Shown here: piece after piece, positions 38,672 through 48,346 of the stretch
How positions within the stretch are numbered: position 1 is the stretch's first letter
Layout: each line of letters begins with the position of its first letter
Source: a virus
Taxonomy: Duplodnaviria; Caudoviricetes
Direction: 5' to 3' (one strand)
DNA: 64,000 nt
IMG/VR virus record: IMGVR_UViG_3300047576_000028
Location: 33,002 to 97,001 of that record
Notes under the pieces: generated by a model
The model's database searches: none
Told to the model about the DNA's origin: nothing
Seen by the model: the letters and a program-made list of their open reading frames with translations, nothing else
Made by a program: the position numbers and the translations under genes

Positions 38672-39087
38672 ACCACCTCCCCTAGCAATTGCGGCGATAA
38701 TCTCGCCAACGCTTCCCCTTCGAGGCGCTTAAGTTCGTCTGCCGGGATACCTCCATGCGTGCGAGTGTAGTGCCGGTCTATCTCGCGCGCTTCGTGATCC
38801 TCCGGGCGATAGCCGATAATTCCGCAGTCCGTCCGCAGTCCGTCCGCTGGCATGTACCGCGTCGAAAGCAGTCCGCGAAGGTCCGCTGCTCCGGGCCATT
38901 GCCCAACTTTGTTGACCACTTCCGAAACCAGCCATTCGAGGGCTTCTTTGTGTGGGCAGATAAGCACAAGAAACTCCATCAGCGCGCCCCGCGCATTCCC
39001 ATCGGACGGGAAAAACTTTACCAATAGCATCCGGTTGACGGCGTTAAGCAAGTCGTTTTGATTGAACTGTAGGCCTTGATTTTGCAA
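38668..39087 (-). CDS. Protein downstream of the replication initiator (possible helicase loader or inhibitor); stop supplied by the element end
   Basis: Gene position; TAA comes from the TTAC motif. Confidence 0.45.
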   Translation of the reverse strand: MQNQGLQFNQNDLLNAVNRMLLVKFFPSDGNARGALMEFLVLICPHKEALEWLVSEVVNKVGQWPGAADLRGLLSTRYMPADGLRTDCGIIGYRPEDHEAREIDRHYTRTHGGIPADELKRLEGEALARLSPQLLGEVV

Positions 39088-39946
39088 TTCGATCCTCCAT
39101 TAGATCGTGAAATACTTCAATTGCTTGATCTTGTTTTGTCTGCTGTGCCCGCGCCGGTTTTTGCGGGCGAAACCAGTACCTCCCCTTCAGGTATGTGCCT
39201 GGCAGCGGGATGTACTTTGGGTCCAAATACTCGCCGGAAGAGACGCGCTTCGGAACATCCCGAACGGCAGCGAGGCGTTGTTCAAAGTCAAGCCTCTGCC
39301 ATTCAAAACGCGCGCTTACTATATCCCCCGGAGCCATTGACATTCCGGCTTTGGAAGCGACAAGGCAAAACTTCTCAAAATCATCAATCAAAGAAGTTTT
39401 GGTGCTTTCTTTTATTCTTTCTACTTCCGGGTCTTCTTCTATTTCTATTTCACTGTGAGCACGCGCAGGCGCGCCCGCGCGCACACGCGAGGATTCAGGC
39501 TCAGCAAATTCTAAATTATGCTCCTCATTTGGTGGAGCTTTGCTGCCATTTTGCTCAGCAAACTTGCCTGCCGAAACAAGCGGAGAGCGGGCCATTCCCG
39601 CCCTTCTTCTGGTTTCCGACAACTCGGTATCGCGGACCATGCGACGACTAAATATCACACCAGAATCGTCGTGGCTAAAAGTGCCAACATGGCGCATTTC
39701 ATCCAACAACTTAACCACGTTCTTGACTGTTACTCCGAGAAGGCGCGCTAACTCCTCGTTAGTGAACACTGCACCGCTGGAATGCTCCATAAACCCCCGA
39801 CGCGGAGCCTCATGCATTTTTAGAAGCATTCGTGTCCATAGCGCCTGTGCTGGCACGGAAAGTTTTTGGAGTTCACGCTCTAAGTCACCTACATACAGAT
39901 AAAATCCAGGAGTCTTCCCAGACGGTTCATCTGAAGACCGCTTCAC
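39044..39946 (-). CDS. Phage replication initiator-like protein
   Basis: PGFYLYVGD..LSVPAQALW, SRRMVRD and C-terminal KYIPLPGTYL...W motifs. Confidence 0.7.
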   Translation of the reverse strand: MKRSSDEPSGKTPGFYLYVGDLERELQKLSVPAQALWTRMLLKMHEAPRRGFMEHSSGAVFTNEELARLLGVTVKNVVKLLDEMRHVGTFSHDDSGVIFSRRMVRDTELSETRRRAGMARSPLVSAGKFAEQNGSKAPPNEEHNLEFAEPESSRVRAGAPARAHSEIEIEEDPEVERIKESTKTSLIDDFEKFCLVASKAGMSMAPGDIVSARFEWQRLDFEQRLAAVRDVPKRVSSGEYLDPKYIPLPGTYLKGRYWFRPQKPARAQQTKQDQAIEVFHDLMEDRIAKSRPTVQSKRLA

Positions 39947-40190
39947 TCGGCGCGCCCCGCCGCTTCAAAAAGGCGTGCTGTGTCGAATTGTGTTTGATTT
40001 TCCACTAAGCCTCCACGAAGGCGTCCGGGTAGCGGGCGGTGTGGCCGCCCGCCGCTGAATCCCGTACTGGAGCTAGGGGATCAATCCCAGCCCTGTTTCC
40101 ACTCCCTAGACTAGCACAATTCCCACTCCATTTTGCAAACCGTCATCTGCGAATGCGCCCCTCATTGTGTGGACAGCCTACTTCGTGCCA

Positions 40191-41357
40191 CTATTCGGTT
40201 GGATGAAAGCGGCATCCGGAATCCAGCATGAAGCGGTCCTGTCCGTAGCGTTCAATTAAAGCGCGTCTCACTTCAGCGTTGCTCTCGGCGAGAATAGCGG
40301 ATGACGTTACTTCCTGGCAGTAATACTTCCAAGACATCCGAATGCCATGCCATGCATAAACTCCCCAACCATCGCCATAGGAAATGGCCGCTTCCGTAGC
40401 ATGATGCAACCGCCCGCGCTCATCAAGATGCAAGGCTGCCGGTTTCTCGGTAGCTAGCACCATATGCTTAAATGGCCACCACCATCCACAGTGACGGGCC
40501 TGCTCAAACAGCCCGTCTAGTTTCTCGCACGCTTTAAGGCCACAGACGTCGAGGAAATAGGAATAGAATGATAGCACTCCTGCATCGTGAGATCCATACA
40601 CGCTGGCCCACACGCTGGCCCACACGCTGGCCCCCACGCTGTCCCACACGCTGGCCCCCACGCTGGCCCCCACGCTGTCCACCACGCTGTCCACCACGCT
40701 GGCCCCCACGCTGTCCCCCACGCTGTCCCACACGCTGGCCCACACGCTGGCCCTCACGCTGGCCATCACGCTGGCCCTCACGCTGTCCCCCACGCTGGCC
40801 CTCACGCTGGCCCTCACGCTGTCCCCCACGCTGGCCCACATGCTGGCCCTCACGCTGGCCCCCACGCTGGCCACCACGCTGTCCACCACGCTGGCCCCCA
40901 CGCTGGCCCCCACGCTGGCCCCCACGCTGGCCCACACGCTGGCCCCCACGCTGGCCCCCACGCTGGCCCCCACGCTGTCCCACACGCTGGCCCACACGCT
41001 GTCCCTCACGCTGTCCCCCACGCTGTCCCTCACGCTGGCCCCCACGTTGGCCCCCACGCTGTCCCACACGCTGTCCCACAGGCTGGCCACCACGCTGGCC
41101 ACCACGCTGGCCCCGATCTTGCGGTTGTCACGCAAATTCGTAACAACCGTGTAGGCTAGAGCGCCAGCTAATGGCGACTTGAACCAAACGATTCGCTTAG
41201 GCGCAGCCATGCCAGCCTTCTCATAACACAGATGGATAGCTGCCTCTGCCTTTGCGTGGTCCGTAGGCTCAACGGAAAGCCCGATAGCCTTCCACTGGGC
41301 TACGACTTCTGGGAAACGTGCTATCTGTTCAGGCGTTAGGGACTCAATTCGTGCCAT
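40191..41357 (-). CDS. DUF6745-like protein with ~43 tetrapeptide V-x-(A/D)-S repeats; C-terminus truncated
   Basis: IESLTPEQ N-terminus; GWWWPF, GRLHH, YAWHG and ESNAEVRR motifs. Confidence 0.75.
   Translation of the reverse strand: MARIESLTPEQIARFPEVVAQWKAIGLSVEPTDHAKAEAAIHLCYEKAGMAAPKRIVWFKSPLAGALAYTVVTNLRDNRKIGASVVASVVASLWDSVWDSVGANVGASVRDSVGDSVRDSVWASVWDSVGASVGASVGASVWASVGASVGASVGASVVDSVVASVGASVRASMWASVGDSVRASVRASVGDSVRASVMASVRASVWASVWDSVGDSVGASVVDSVVDSVGASVGASVWDSVGASVWASVWASVYGSHDAGVLSFYSYFLDVCGLKACEKLDGLFEQARHCGWWWPFKHMVLATEKPAALHLDERGRLHHATEAAISYGDGWGVYAWHGIRMSWKYYCQEVTSSAILAESNAEVRRALIERYGQDRFMLDSGCRFHPTE
40598..41113 (-). repeat. 12-bp tandem repeat array, consensus AGCGTG(G/T/A)GGG(C/A)C
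   Basis: Directly visible; about 43 in-frame units. Confidence 0.95.
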
Positions 41358-41583
41358 CGGCGTTCTCTCCAGTCAATCCGCCATTGTCTCGCAAATTCGC
41401 CTCACCAGCGCTCCGTAGGCGTCCGCATGCGCCGCGTGATCCTGAGCCATCGGCACCACGGACACAACGGGTCAAACACGTAGTTGCCGGGACCACTAGA
41501 CCAGTGAGTAAACGCATAAACTTTCCATACCCAATTTCGCGCGAACCAGCGATGGATCATAGTGTTTGGTAATCCCTATTAAC

Positions 41584-41650
41584 GGGACCTATATACATAA
41601 GTCCCCCGCAATCTGTAACAGCCTCCGGGGGAGTCACGTATATAATTCCC
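41584..41650. mobile_element. 67-bp MITE with IS1595-like TIRs
   Basis: gggacctatatacataagtcccccg ... cgggggagtcacgtatataattccc. Confidence 0.6.
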
Positions 41651-41924
41651 TTATTTAAACCGGCACAGCGCGAAAGAACCTAGATCCACGCTCATGCTCA
41701 TTGCAATCCTTTTGTCCGGGAAACAGTAACTGAAATTGTCGATCCCAGTCTTTGCGGCTCGTCTTAGAAATTAACTGTACTTCGTTCTGGAGAAGCCAGC
41801 CCCCCCACAATAAAGTCGTCGCTCCAATATTCAGCGGCGAGCACCCCGGCTCAGTGGGATACAGTCCTATGACGATATAGCCGCGCATAGCAATACACTT
41901 GGCAAAACCTTCTTTGGAGGTCAC

Positions 41925-42089
41925 CAAGTTTTCTCCGAGAAGCCCCTGACTCCAGTCATGGGGAGGACGGGAGAATCGGCGCGGTCGTCCGGCATGGCCG
42001 GAGTAAGCCGACTCGAACCGCAGCGAAATGTTTTGATATTTTGCATGTGGAATCTAAAAGCCCCCGGCTTTAGCCGTGGAGTTGCTTAC
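41925..42089 (+). mobile_element. Family-A miniature element (165 bp)
   Basis: TCAC at 41921-41924; same left-end/right-end junction as the 19493 and 63041 copies; ends TTAC. Confidence 0.9.
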
Positions 42090-42236
42090 TCGCGGTTCCC
42101 GCGCTTCCGCTTTGCGCCTTCTCTTGAGGCTATCGCTCAGCAGAAGTCTCACCAAGTCCTGTAGTAACATCCCTTCGCACACCGCCTGCATCTTCAATTC
42201 GCGGTGCAGGACAGCGTCAATCTTGATAGCGGTCAT
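42054..42236 (-). CDS. Ribbon-helix-helix protein reading into the mini-element
   Basis: TAIKIDAVLHRELKMQAVCEGMLLQDLVRLLL. Confidence 0.6.
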   Translation of the reverse strand: MTAIKIDAVLHRELKMQAVCEGMLLQDLVRLLLSDSLKRRRKAEAREPRVSNSTAKAGGF

Positions 42237-42245
42237 GCGCGCTCC

Positions 42246-43085
42246 TTAAGCGACCGCGCTACTCGCCGATTCGCCGTTCAGCACGTCTAACAAATACGCG
42301 CAGAACGTCTCGGTATCCGTTCCGGCCAAGATCCCAGCCGGGTACGTGCCATTGTTGACGGCGGTCTCTAGGATCGCGCGGATGCATGCCAACCGATTCT
42401 CGCGTTTCGGCGTCACGGGGGCATCCGGGGCCGGATCTGCCTTGGCGTCCTTGGCAGTAAACTTGCCATCGCCCTTGGCCTTGATACGCTTGCGTTGCAC
42501 GTCCTTATTGAGCTTAGCAAAATGAGCGGCGGCGGGCAGCTTCATGCGACCATCGACGACCGCCTGCGCCGCTTCGGGAACGAGATCGAGGAGGGCCACC
42601 CTGGATTCCACCCACTTCACGTCCTGCCGATAGAGCTTTGCTATCTCTTCGTGGGTCATATTCCAAGTTTCCATCTTGGCGATATTGTGAGCATCGTCTA
42701 ATGGCTGAACCGGGTTGCGTACGATGTTCTCGTGGATACCGGCGATGAATCCTTTGGCGTCGTCGGCTCTGAGGTATACGCACCGCAGTTTGAATGGGGC
42801 AGGAGTAAGCTTTTGCCTATTGATCTCAATAGCTGAGCGCCAACGCGAGAATCCCGCCCGCAGGACCGCCTTTCCGTCCTCCGCGCTGACCACTACTGGC
42901 TGAAGCTGGCCGACTTGGATGAAGCTGTCTATCATCCATTCAATGTCTGGCAACTCGTGGCGGCCATTAAGTTCTGGCTTAACGGTAATGTCTTCCGGGA
43001 GTATCAGGTATTCCGATGTCCGGGTGTGTGCAACCTTAAATTCTACAGCCAATTTGGTTAATCCTCCTGTTGTGAAAGTTAACAC
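42246..43085 (-). CDS. ParB/Srx N-terminal domain protein
   Basis: GQLQPVVV, LRAGFSRW and HENIVR motifs; GGAGG RBS suggests a start near 43050. Confidence 0.8.
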   Translation of the reverse strand: MLTFTTGGLTKLAVEFKVAHTRTSEYLILPEDITVKPELNGRHELPDIEWMIDSFIQVGQLQPVVVSAEDGKAVLRAGFSRWRSAIEINRQKLTPAPFKLRCVYLRADDAKGFIAGIHENIVRNPVQPLDDAHNIAKMETWNMTHEEIAKLYRQDVKWVESRVALLDLVPEAAQAVVDGRMKLPAAAHFAKLNKDVQRKRIKAKGDGKFTAKDAKADPAPDAPVTPKRENRLACIRAILETAVNNGTYPAGILAGTDTETFCAYLLDVLNGESASSAVA

Positions 43086-43128
43086 GCACCAGTTAACTTG
43101 TCAACAAGAAACTTACAATACCGCGCAT

Positions 43129-43425
43129 CTAGTTGATTTCATGAACAACTCTATAGTATCCTTCGATTGAGAGAAAGCGCCCCGTGTACGGGTGCCTGCG
43201 GTCTCGAGCCATGTTGAACTCAGGCGGACATTCCAGCAGCATGTGGGGCCGGTAGTCTAGCTTGTCCCCCATGTGGTGTACGTGGAATCCTTCGCGTACT
43301 GGCCTGCCAGCCACCAATGCAAATACCACGCGATGCACGAACTGTTTGCGATACGGGCCGGAGTGAAATTTCGGGTAGCCCTTGGGGTTAGTGCTCCAGT
43401 TGCCGAGCGGGTGCACACCACTCAT
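43129..43425 (-). CDS. HNH endonuclease-like protein
   Basis: KGYP..FVHRVV..GFHVHH motifs. Confidence 0.6.
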   Translation of the reverse strand: MSGVHPLGNWSTNPKGYPKFHSGPYRKQFVHRVVFALVAGRPVREGFHVHHMGDKLDYRPHMLLECPPEFNMARDRRHPYTGRFLSIEGYYRVVHEIN

Positions 43426-43967
43426 TAGATCTCTGTAAATTCCCGTGCGTCAAGCGAATTGCCAGTTACCGTTCCCTCGCTGTCCACTTCGGTCACGGTG
43501 ATAACACAACCCGTACTTGATTCCGCTTTGTTTTCGGCTCTCACGATCCCCAGTCCCCGGCATGTCGCACAATCACGGGTCTGGTGGTGCCGTAATACCC
43601 CGTCGATCATTAAGTTAATCCGACCGTCTCCGTGGCAATCCGTGCAAACCGTATACTCGCGTTCTACATCAAGGTCGTTAGTTGATTCCAATTGGTTTTC
43701 GGCTCTTAGCGCCCGGTTACGCCATTCTGTCACTTGATCCTCAGTCTGGCGCAACGCCATCAGCAGGCCGCGTTCGTCTCCAGCCTTGATGAGGCAACCG
43801 GCCTTCGCTTCCGGCGTAGCGCCGAAGTGGTCTCGCGCTGAGCCGGGCGTCGTGAACGTCTCTCCGCAGTGGTAACACGTCCATCCGTGTTTCGGTTGGC
43901 GGTAAGTGGCTTCGCTAGTCTCAATCGTTCTGTTAGGCATGTACACTCGCTTCGCGTAACTCTTCAA
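43425..43967 (-). CDS. Zn-finger protein
   Basis: WTCYHCGETF..ARDHFG and CTDCHG..CATCRG. Confidence 0.5.
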   Translation of the reverse strand: MKSYAKRVYMPNRTIETSEATYRQPKHGWTCYHCGETFTTPGSARDHFGATPEAKAGCLIKAGDERGLLMALRQTEDQVTEWRNRALRAENQLESTNDLDVEREYTVCTDCHGDGRINLMIDGVLRHHQTRDCATCRGLGIVRAENKAESSTGCVITVTEVDSEGTVTGNSLDAREFTEI

Positions 43968-44526
43968 ACGCTACAATCGTGCCATAGGTGCCTAAACCTT
44001 CGCGCACGTCTCCACGCGCCGCACAGAATACTGTTACCGTAGCGTATGTTTCGTCTATAGCAACGATCTCCCCGACTTGGAACCCTCTCAGGATCGGAAA
44101 GTTTACCATCGCGCCGATAGCATATGGGCATTTGACGCGTTCCCGAAAGGCCCACGCGGACACAGCTTCCTTATGTTCGCGTTTTGCATCAAGATCGTTG
44201 AGAAATTCGACGATAGGAAAGGTTATCTTCCAGCCGTGAGACTCCCAGTCCTTTGCGCGCACATACCCATCTTCCCATATGTTGCGTAGAGATCGCTTCA
44301 GCATCTCCAGTTCGCAAGAATAACCAAAAGTGCGCTCAAAGCGTACCAGGGCACGCCTAGCCGCCGCATCAATCACAGATTCGTCATTTTCCTTTGGCCG
44401 ATTCGTCATCGCTCCCTACTCCTATTGGACTGGCGGGCAGGCTTCAACCCCTACCCGCCAGCATCGGGACCACGCCGCGTTACAAGCCTCCCCAGGCCCG
44501 TTTATTTAGCGCGGCCACGAAATCCG

Positions 44527-45081
44527 TTAGCTCCCGCTCACTCCTCCCTCAAACAGAACGCCAATGGAGGTCGCAATACCTGGAACTGCCGCCGTAACCG
44601 TGATGGTATCGGTCAGCGTCTCGCCCGCGCTGCCATCGGCATTCGTGACCGTGGCCGTGACTGTCACTGGGCCACCCACCGCTACCGGCGTGACCGCGCC
44701 CGAAGCCACTGAGGGAACGCCCTCCGCATCCGGTACCGCAGGCGCGTCCGGCGTGAAACTGACAATGGTTGTGTCGCTGGAAGCGACCGCGATGGTTTGG
44801 CCGGCGGCCAACTGCGCCCCCGCTTCCCCGCTCGCGTCCGTTCCAATGATGAAATACTTCTCGTTCTTCGTGTTCAACGGCAAACTCAACATACGTTTTT
44901 CTCCTGTTTTCTGAAATACAAACCTAAACGACGTTGCATGTTTCGGTTTTAGCGATACAAACCTTAACGACATTGCAGGTTTCGGTTTTAGCAATTCCCG
45001 CAATAACTCCTCAATCCGTTCGAGCGTTTCCAACATCTTGCTGGTCTGCCATCGCTCCATGGCATCTACCTCTTGGGACAT
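44527..45081 (-). CDS. Hypothetical protein with an Ig-like C-terminal domain
   Basis: VASSDTTIV..GPVTVTATV..DTITVT. Confidence 0.5.
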   Translation of the reverse strand: MSQEVDAMERWQTSKMLETLERIEELLRELLKPKPAMSLRFVSLKPKHATSFRFVFQKTGEKRMLSLPLNTKNEKYFIIGTDASGEAGAQLAAGQTIAVASSDTTIVSFTPDAPAVPDAEGVPSVASGAVTPVAVGGPVTVTATVTNADGSAGETLTDTITVTAAVPGIATSIGVLFEGGVSGS

Positions 45082-45538
45082 AGGGCCTCTCCAGCGTCAA
45101 TAGCCGCTCTCACTAACTCGTAACGGCCAAGCAGCCATTCATCCTCGGACGGTCTCCGGTCAATCCCGTGCACCGCCCGCCGCCCAGGGCGCACTTCAGC
45201 GCCTCGACGCAGAAGTCGAGCTCGAGCGTTAGCGATAACCTCCTGTAACCGTCTGCTGTCCACCAAGTAGTTCATCGCACGCTTGGCTTCCACCAGCGCC
45301 GCGTGCTGCTGGCGGCACTGTGCCACCAAGGCAACGCGCTGGCGCTTACAGGAGTTTAAGTCAACCCCTTTCGCGGTGCTGTCGTAATCCGCCTCACGCG
45401 CAGCCTGTTTCAGCAGCGCGCGGGTTTCAACCAGCATGATGGGCACGTCATCGGGCATCTTCATCCTCTGTGGCGATGCTACTGCGCGTCCGCTGCCATG
45501 CAGCTTGCCGCCGGGGCCGTCATAGATTCCGCCGTCAA

Positions 45539-45712
45539 TCATCTTTCCCTCCCTGCACCGACTCGCTCCAGGGCGCGCTTCAGTAGCTTTGACATGTACG
45601 CGCTGAACGACATTCCAATAGCTTCGGCGCGCGCGCGACCTGCCGCCAGAATAGTCTTGGGAATACTGACCGTTATCGGCATCGGTGGATCTACACTTCC
45701 TGGTCTGCCCAT
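45539..45712 (-). CDS. CopG/RHH-like protein (second copy at about 57128-57301)
   Basis: Manual translation MGRPGSVDPPMPITVSIPKTILAAGRARAEAIGMSFSAYMSKLLKRALE...; TTGACA promoter upstream. Confidence 0.6.
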   Translation of the reverse strand: MGRPGSVDPPMPITVSIPKTILAAGRARAEAIGMSFSAYMSKLLKRALERVGAGRER

Positions 45713-45774
45713 GTGATTTATTTAATCATAAAACTACCGAAAGTGTCAAGCGTTATTGTGGGGCTGATTGGCCG

Positions 45775-46290
45775 TCACAAACTCCGAACCTCAATGACCG
45801 CTCCGGGCGTATCCATCTCGAACAGACGAAGTTTCCTGTCGCAGCTAAGCGCCTCGTGATCGGTAGAACGCGGGAATCCCCATGGCCTAGGGAATACCTT
45901 CCATATTTCATGGCGCACAAACAGCGCATCGTCTCTGATAACCCCTGCGTCTGTCAGCGCATCCTCAGTTGACCGGATCGCCTTGCTCAAGTCCGGTTTA
46001 TGATCTGGCCATAGGCGCTTCTTGGGCGCTGTTTTTGGCCGAGGCAATGTAAAGACTACCGTGAGGCTTAGTGGGCTTGTCAAAGGCCACAATGACGGCC
46101 CCTTAGAAACAACCTCATCCTCTTGGCGCTGCAATGCCTGCATCTTTTCTCGCGCCGCATAGACTACTGAATCGCGCCAAGTTGCAGTACCCTTCGTGCT
46201 CTCATAGATGTGTGCTCGACCACCCCGCACTGAGATACGCTTGTTTCCGCCGGCCTTTGGCTCTCCGTAGACAGTGAAGCGGATGGTCAT
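45775..46290 (-). CDS. rusA: RusA-family Holliday junction resolvase
   Basis: MTIRFTVYGEP, LPRPK, KPDLSKAIRSTEDALT..VIRDDA motifs; ATG 46290 coincides with the TCAT target of a left-end remnant. Confidence 0.85.
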   Translation of the reverse strand: MTIRFTVYGEPKAGGNKRISVRGGRAHIYESTKGTATWRDSVVYAAREKMQALQRQEDEVVSKGPSLWPLTSPLSLTVVFTLPRPKTAPKKRLWPDHKPDLSKAIRSTEDALTDAGVIRDDALFVRHEIWKVFPRPWGFPRSTDHEALSCDRKLRLFEMDTPGAVIEVRSL

Positions 46291-46307
46291 AAGGGCCTTT
46301 CGCGCGG
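46291..46307 (+). mobile_element. Family-B left-end remnant
   Basis: TCAT followed by aagggcctttcgcgcgg, as at 50839 and 60360. Confidence 0.6.
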
Positions 46308-46873
46308 AAGTTTTTCTTTGCCTAATTGGTCCGTTGATACGACTTCTAGGACCTTGTGGCAAATAGGGCAGGACCATTGGTTACGCATTTAATTCTTGCT
46401 CATAACTTTCCTAAGTAACGGGTGCTCAAGGCTGCTTTTGGAACCTCTTGTTTGGAGTTCGTCACAAGCTTCGAGAAAATCAACTAGGAACAATTTGTCG
46501 TCATAACTGTTCCTAGGATTTTCAATAAAATCTCCAAGCAGGCTCTTGTTTATTTTGAACATGATATTGTTAGGGGAGTTGAGAAATGTCGTAATAAGAT
46601 CTTTCAGATCTTCTGAACAATTCTGGAATCGTTCTGCTAGACGTCTTTCATGTGAGGTAGTCATCTATATAATTCCCCAAAATCTGGTGGGCCGATCATC
46701 GCTCGTAGCTTTCGCGCATAAGGGCCATTCCTCTCGGTAGGCTTGCCTATAAACGGCTACTCACTCGTAGCTCCCGGCCCATAAACTCACTTTCCGCGCC
46801 ACTCACACGCGGCATACACCAGCGCGGCTGCACCAGCGCACATCACAATGACCATAAACGCGGTGGCGATCAC

Positions 46874-47203
46874 TTACGGCTCCGCTCGACTCGCTCCAGG
46901 GCGCGCTTCAGTAGCTTTGACATGTACGCGCTGAACGACATTCCGATAGCTTCGGCGCGCGCGCGACCTGCCGCCAGAAGAGTCTTGCGACTCCTTGAGG
47001 TGTTTGATCTCACGGTCCAGATACCAGCGGGCCTTCTCCAGATCGACGACGGTTGCGCCCTTCTTCCCGCCGCGAAGCACATACTTCACTACATTCCCGA
47101 GACAAAAACTAAGCGCGAAATCTTCGATCACACGCATTATGTAATCTCCCTGGCAATACGCCGGATTTACTGAATCTGCCTGCATGTTCTTGGGTGACCT
47201 CAT
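46874..47203 (-). CDS. DUF3310 (T7 gp1.7-like) protein with a chimeric 3' end
   Basis: VNPAY..FCLGNVVKYVLR.GKK....DLEKARWYLDREI. Confidence 0.75.
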   Translation of the reverse strand: MRSPKNMQADSVNPAYCQGDYIMRVIEDFALSFCLGNVVKYVLRGGKKGATVVDLEKARWYLDREIKHLKESQDSSGGRSRARRSYRNVVQRVHVKATEARPGASRAEP

Positions 47204-47769
47204 TCACTCCCGCCTTTTACGCCCCACAATGTGGCTACCAGCAGTAGGCCCGCCATCCAAGTCCCAGGTTCGGGAGTCTGCGAGATGGGCGGATCGGCCA
47301 CGTAGGACGCGCCGCCTTGATCCGATACGTAAGCTTCTGCCGAGAAGCTGTAACTCCCAGGCGCTAGATCCTCGTTGATGAAGTACGTTCCGCTCTGCGT
47401 GTAGTACTCCGCAACGCCTCCCAATTGCAGCGAAACATAGCTGTACGGCCCGTCGATATCTACCGACACAACCCATGCGAGTGCGGTGTCTACGTCCAAG
47501 TCTAGGTTGAAATCGGCATACGAGTAGGCGGATGGACAGCAACTCAGGGTCGAGTCTACGGACACATCGCCCGATAGATAGCCGGGCATCGCCGTACCGT
47601 CCGCGCTCGACATCTGCACATTCTGAATCTGCGCGGCGCAAGAGGCCGACGATGGGTCCGTTTGCGTCTGTGTATCGTTGTTAACGATGCAGGTAACAGT
47701 TATCGTGCCAGCGAAGGCTGGAAGGCAAGCCGCTATAAGTAGCGACGCCGCGAGTAACCGATTAGTCAT
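47200..47769 (-). CDS. PEP-CTERM sorting-domain surface protein
   Basis: Signal peptide MTNRLLAASLLIAACLPAFA; C-terminal TPEPGTWMAGLLLVATLWGVK. Confidence 0.75.
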   Translation of the reverse strand: MTNRLLAASLLIAACLPAFAGTITVTCIVNNDTQTQTDPSSASCAAQIQNVQMSSADGTAMPGYLSGDVSVDSTLSCCPSAYSYADFNLDLDVDTALAWVVSVDIDGPYSYVSLQLGGVAEYYTQSGTYFINEDLAPGSYSFSAEAYVSDQGGASYVADPPISQTPEPGTWMAGLLLVATLWGVKGGSE

Positions 47770-47783
47770 CCCAAAGCCTCCAT

Positions 47784-48032
47784 TCATAGGGATAGCACCC
47801 GTTTTAGAAGTTCCGCGCTTACGTTGCGCTTGCCATGCGAAACGTCGCTCAGATACGCAGGACTGAAGCCGAGGTCCTTGGCGGCGCTCCGCAAAGATCC
47901 ACGCTGAGATAAGTAGCGCCACACTCTGCCGCACAAGCGGCGTTCCCGCGACTCCAGGTCAGCGGTATAGCGCGCCCTGAATATAGCCAGAGCCGCTGCC
48001 GATCTGTGGATATACTTCTGTTCTTCATCCAT
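47784..48032 (-). CDS. XRE-type HTH regulator
   Basis: SLRSAAKDLGFSPAYLSDVSHGKR. Confidence 0.7.
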   Translation of the reverse strand: MDEEQKYIHRSAAALAIFRARYTADLESRERRLCGRVWRYLSQRGSLRSAAKDLGFSPAYLSDVSHGKRNVSAELLKRVLSL

Positions 48033-48346
48033 ACAGTCCGAGTGTATGCTGCCGTGCGCTCACATGTCAAGCAGTCGTTTCACGCGGCGCGGCCAATAGA
48101 CCCCTGCACTCCAGACGCATTTCGGCAGCATAATCGAGCATTCCAAGAAGCTGACAGCCAAGTGAATCCATATCGCACGCGCCGCGATGGACGATGCGCC
48201 CGTATCGGTCGGTGATGTGGTTGCCCATGACGCACCACCGGGTCTCAATCCATACATCTGCGAGTTTCAGAAATTCGCGCTCCCAGTGGGTCATGCTTCG
48301 ACCTCATCGGCAACGTCTTCTTCCGTGACTGGCTCGAAGTCCATCG

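Noticed and set aside
40598-41113. 12-bp repeats as a CRISPR or TIGR-like guide array
   Set aside because: No unique spacers; units are in-frame codon variants inside a protein; no Cas or Nop-domain gene is recognised.
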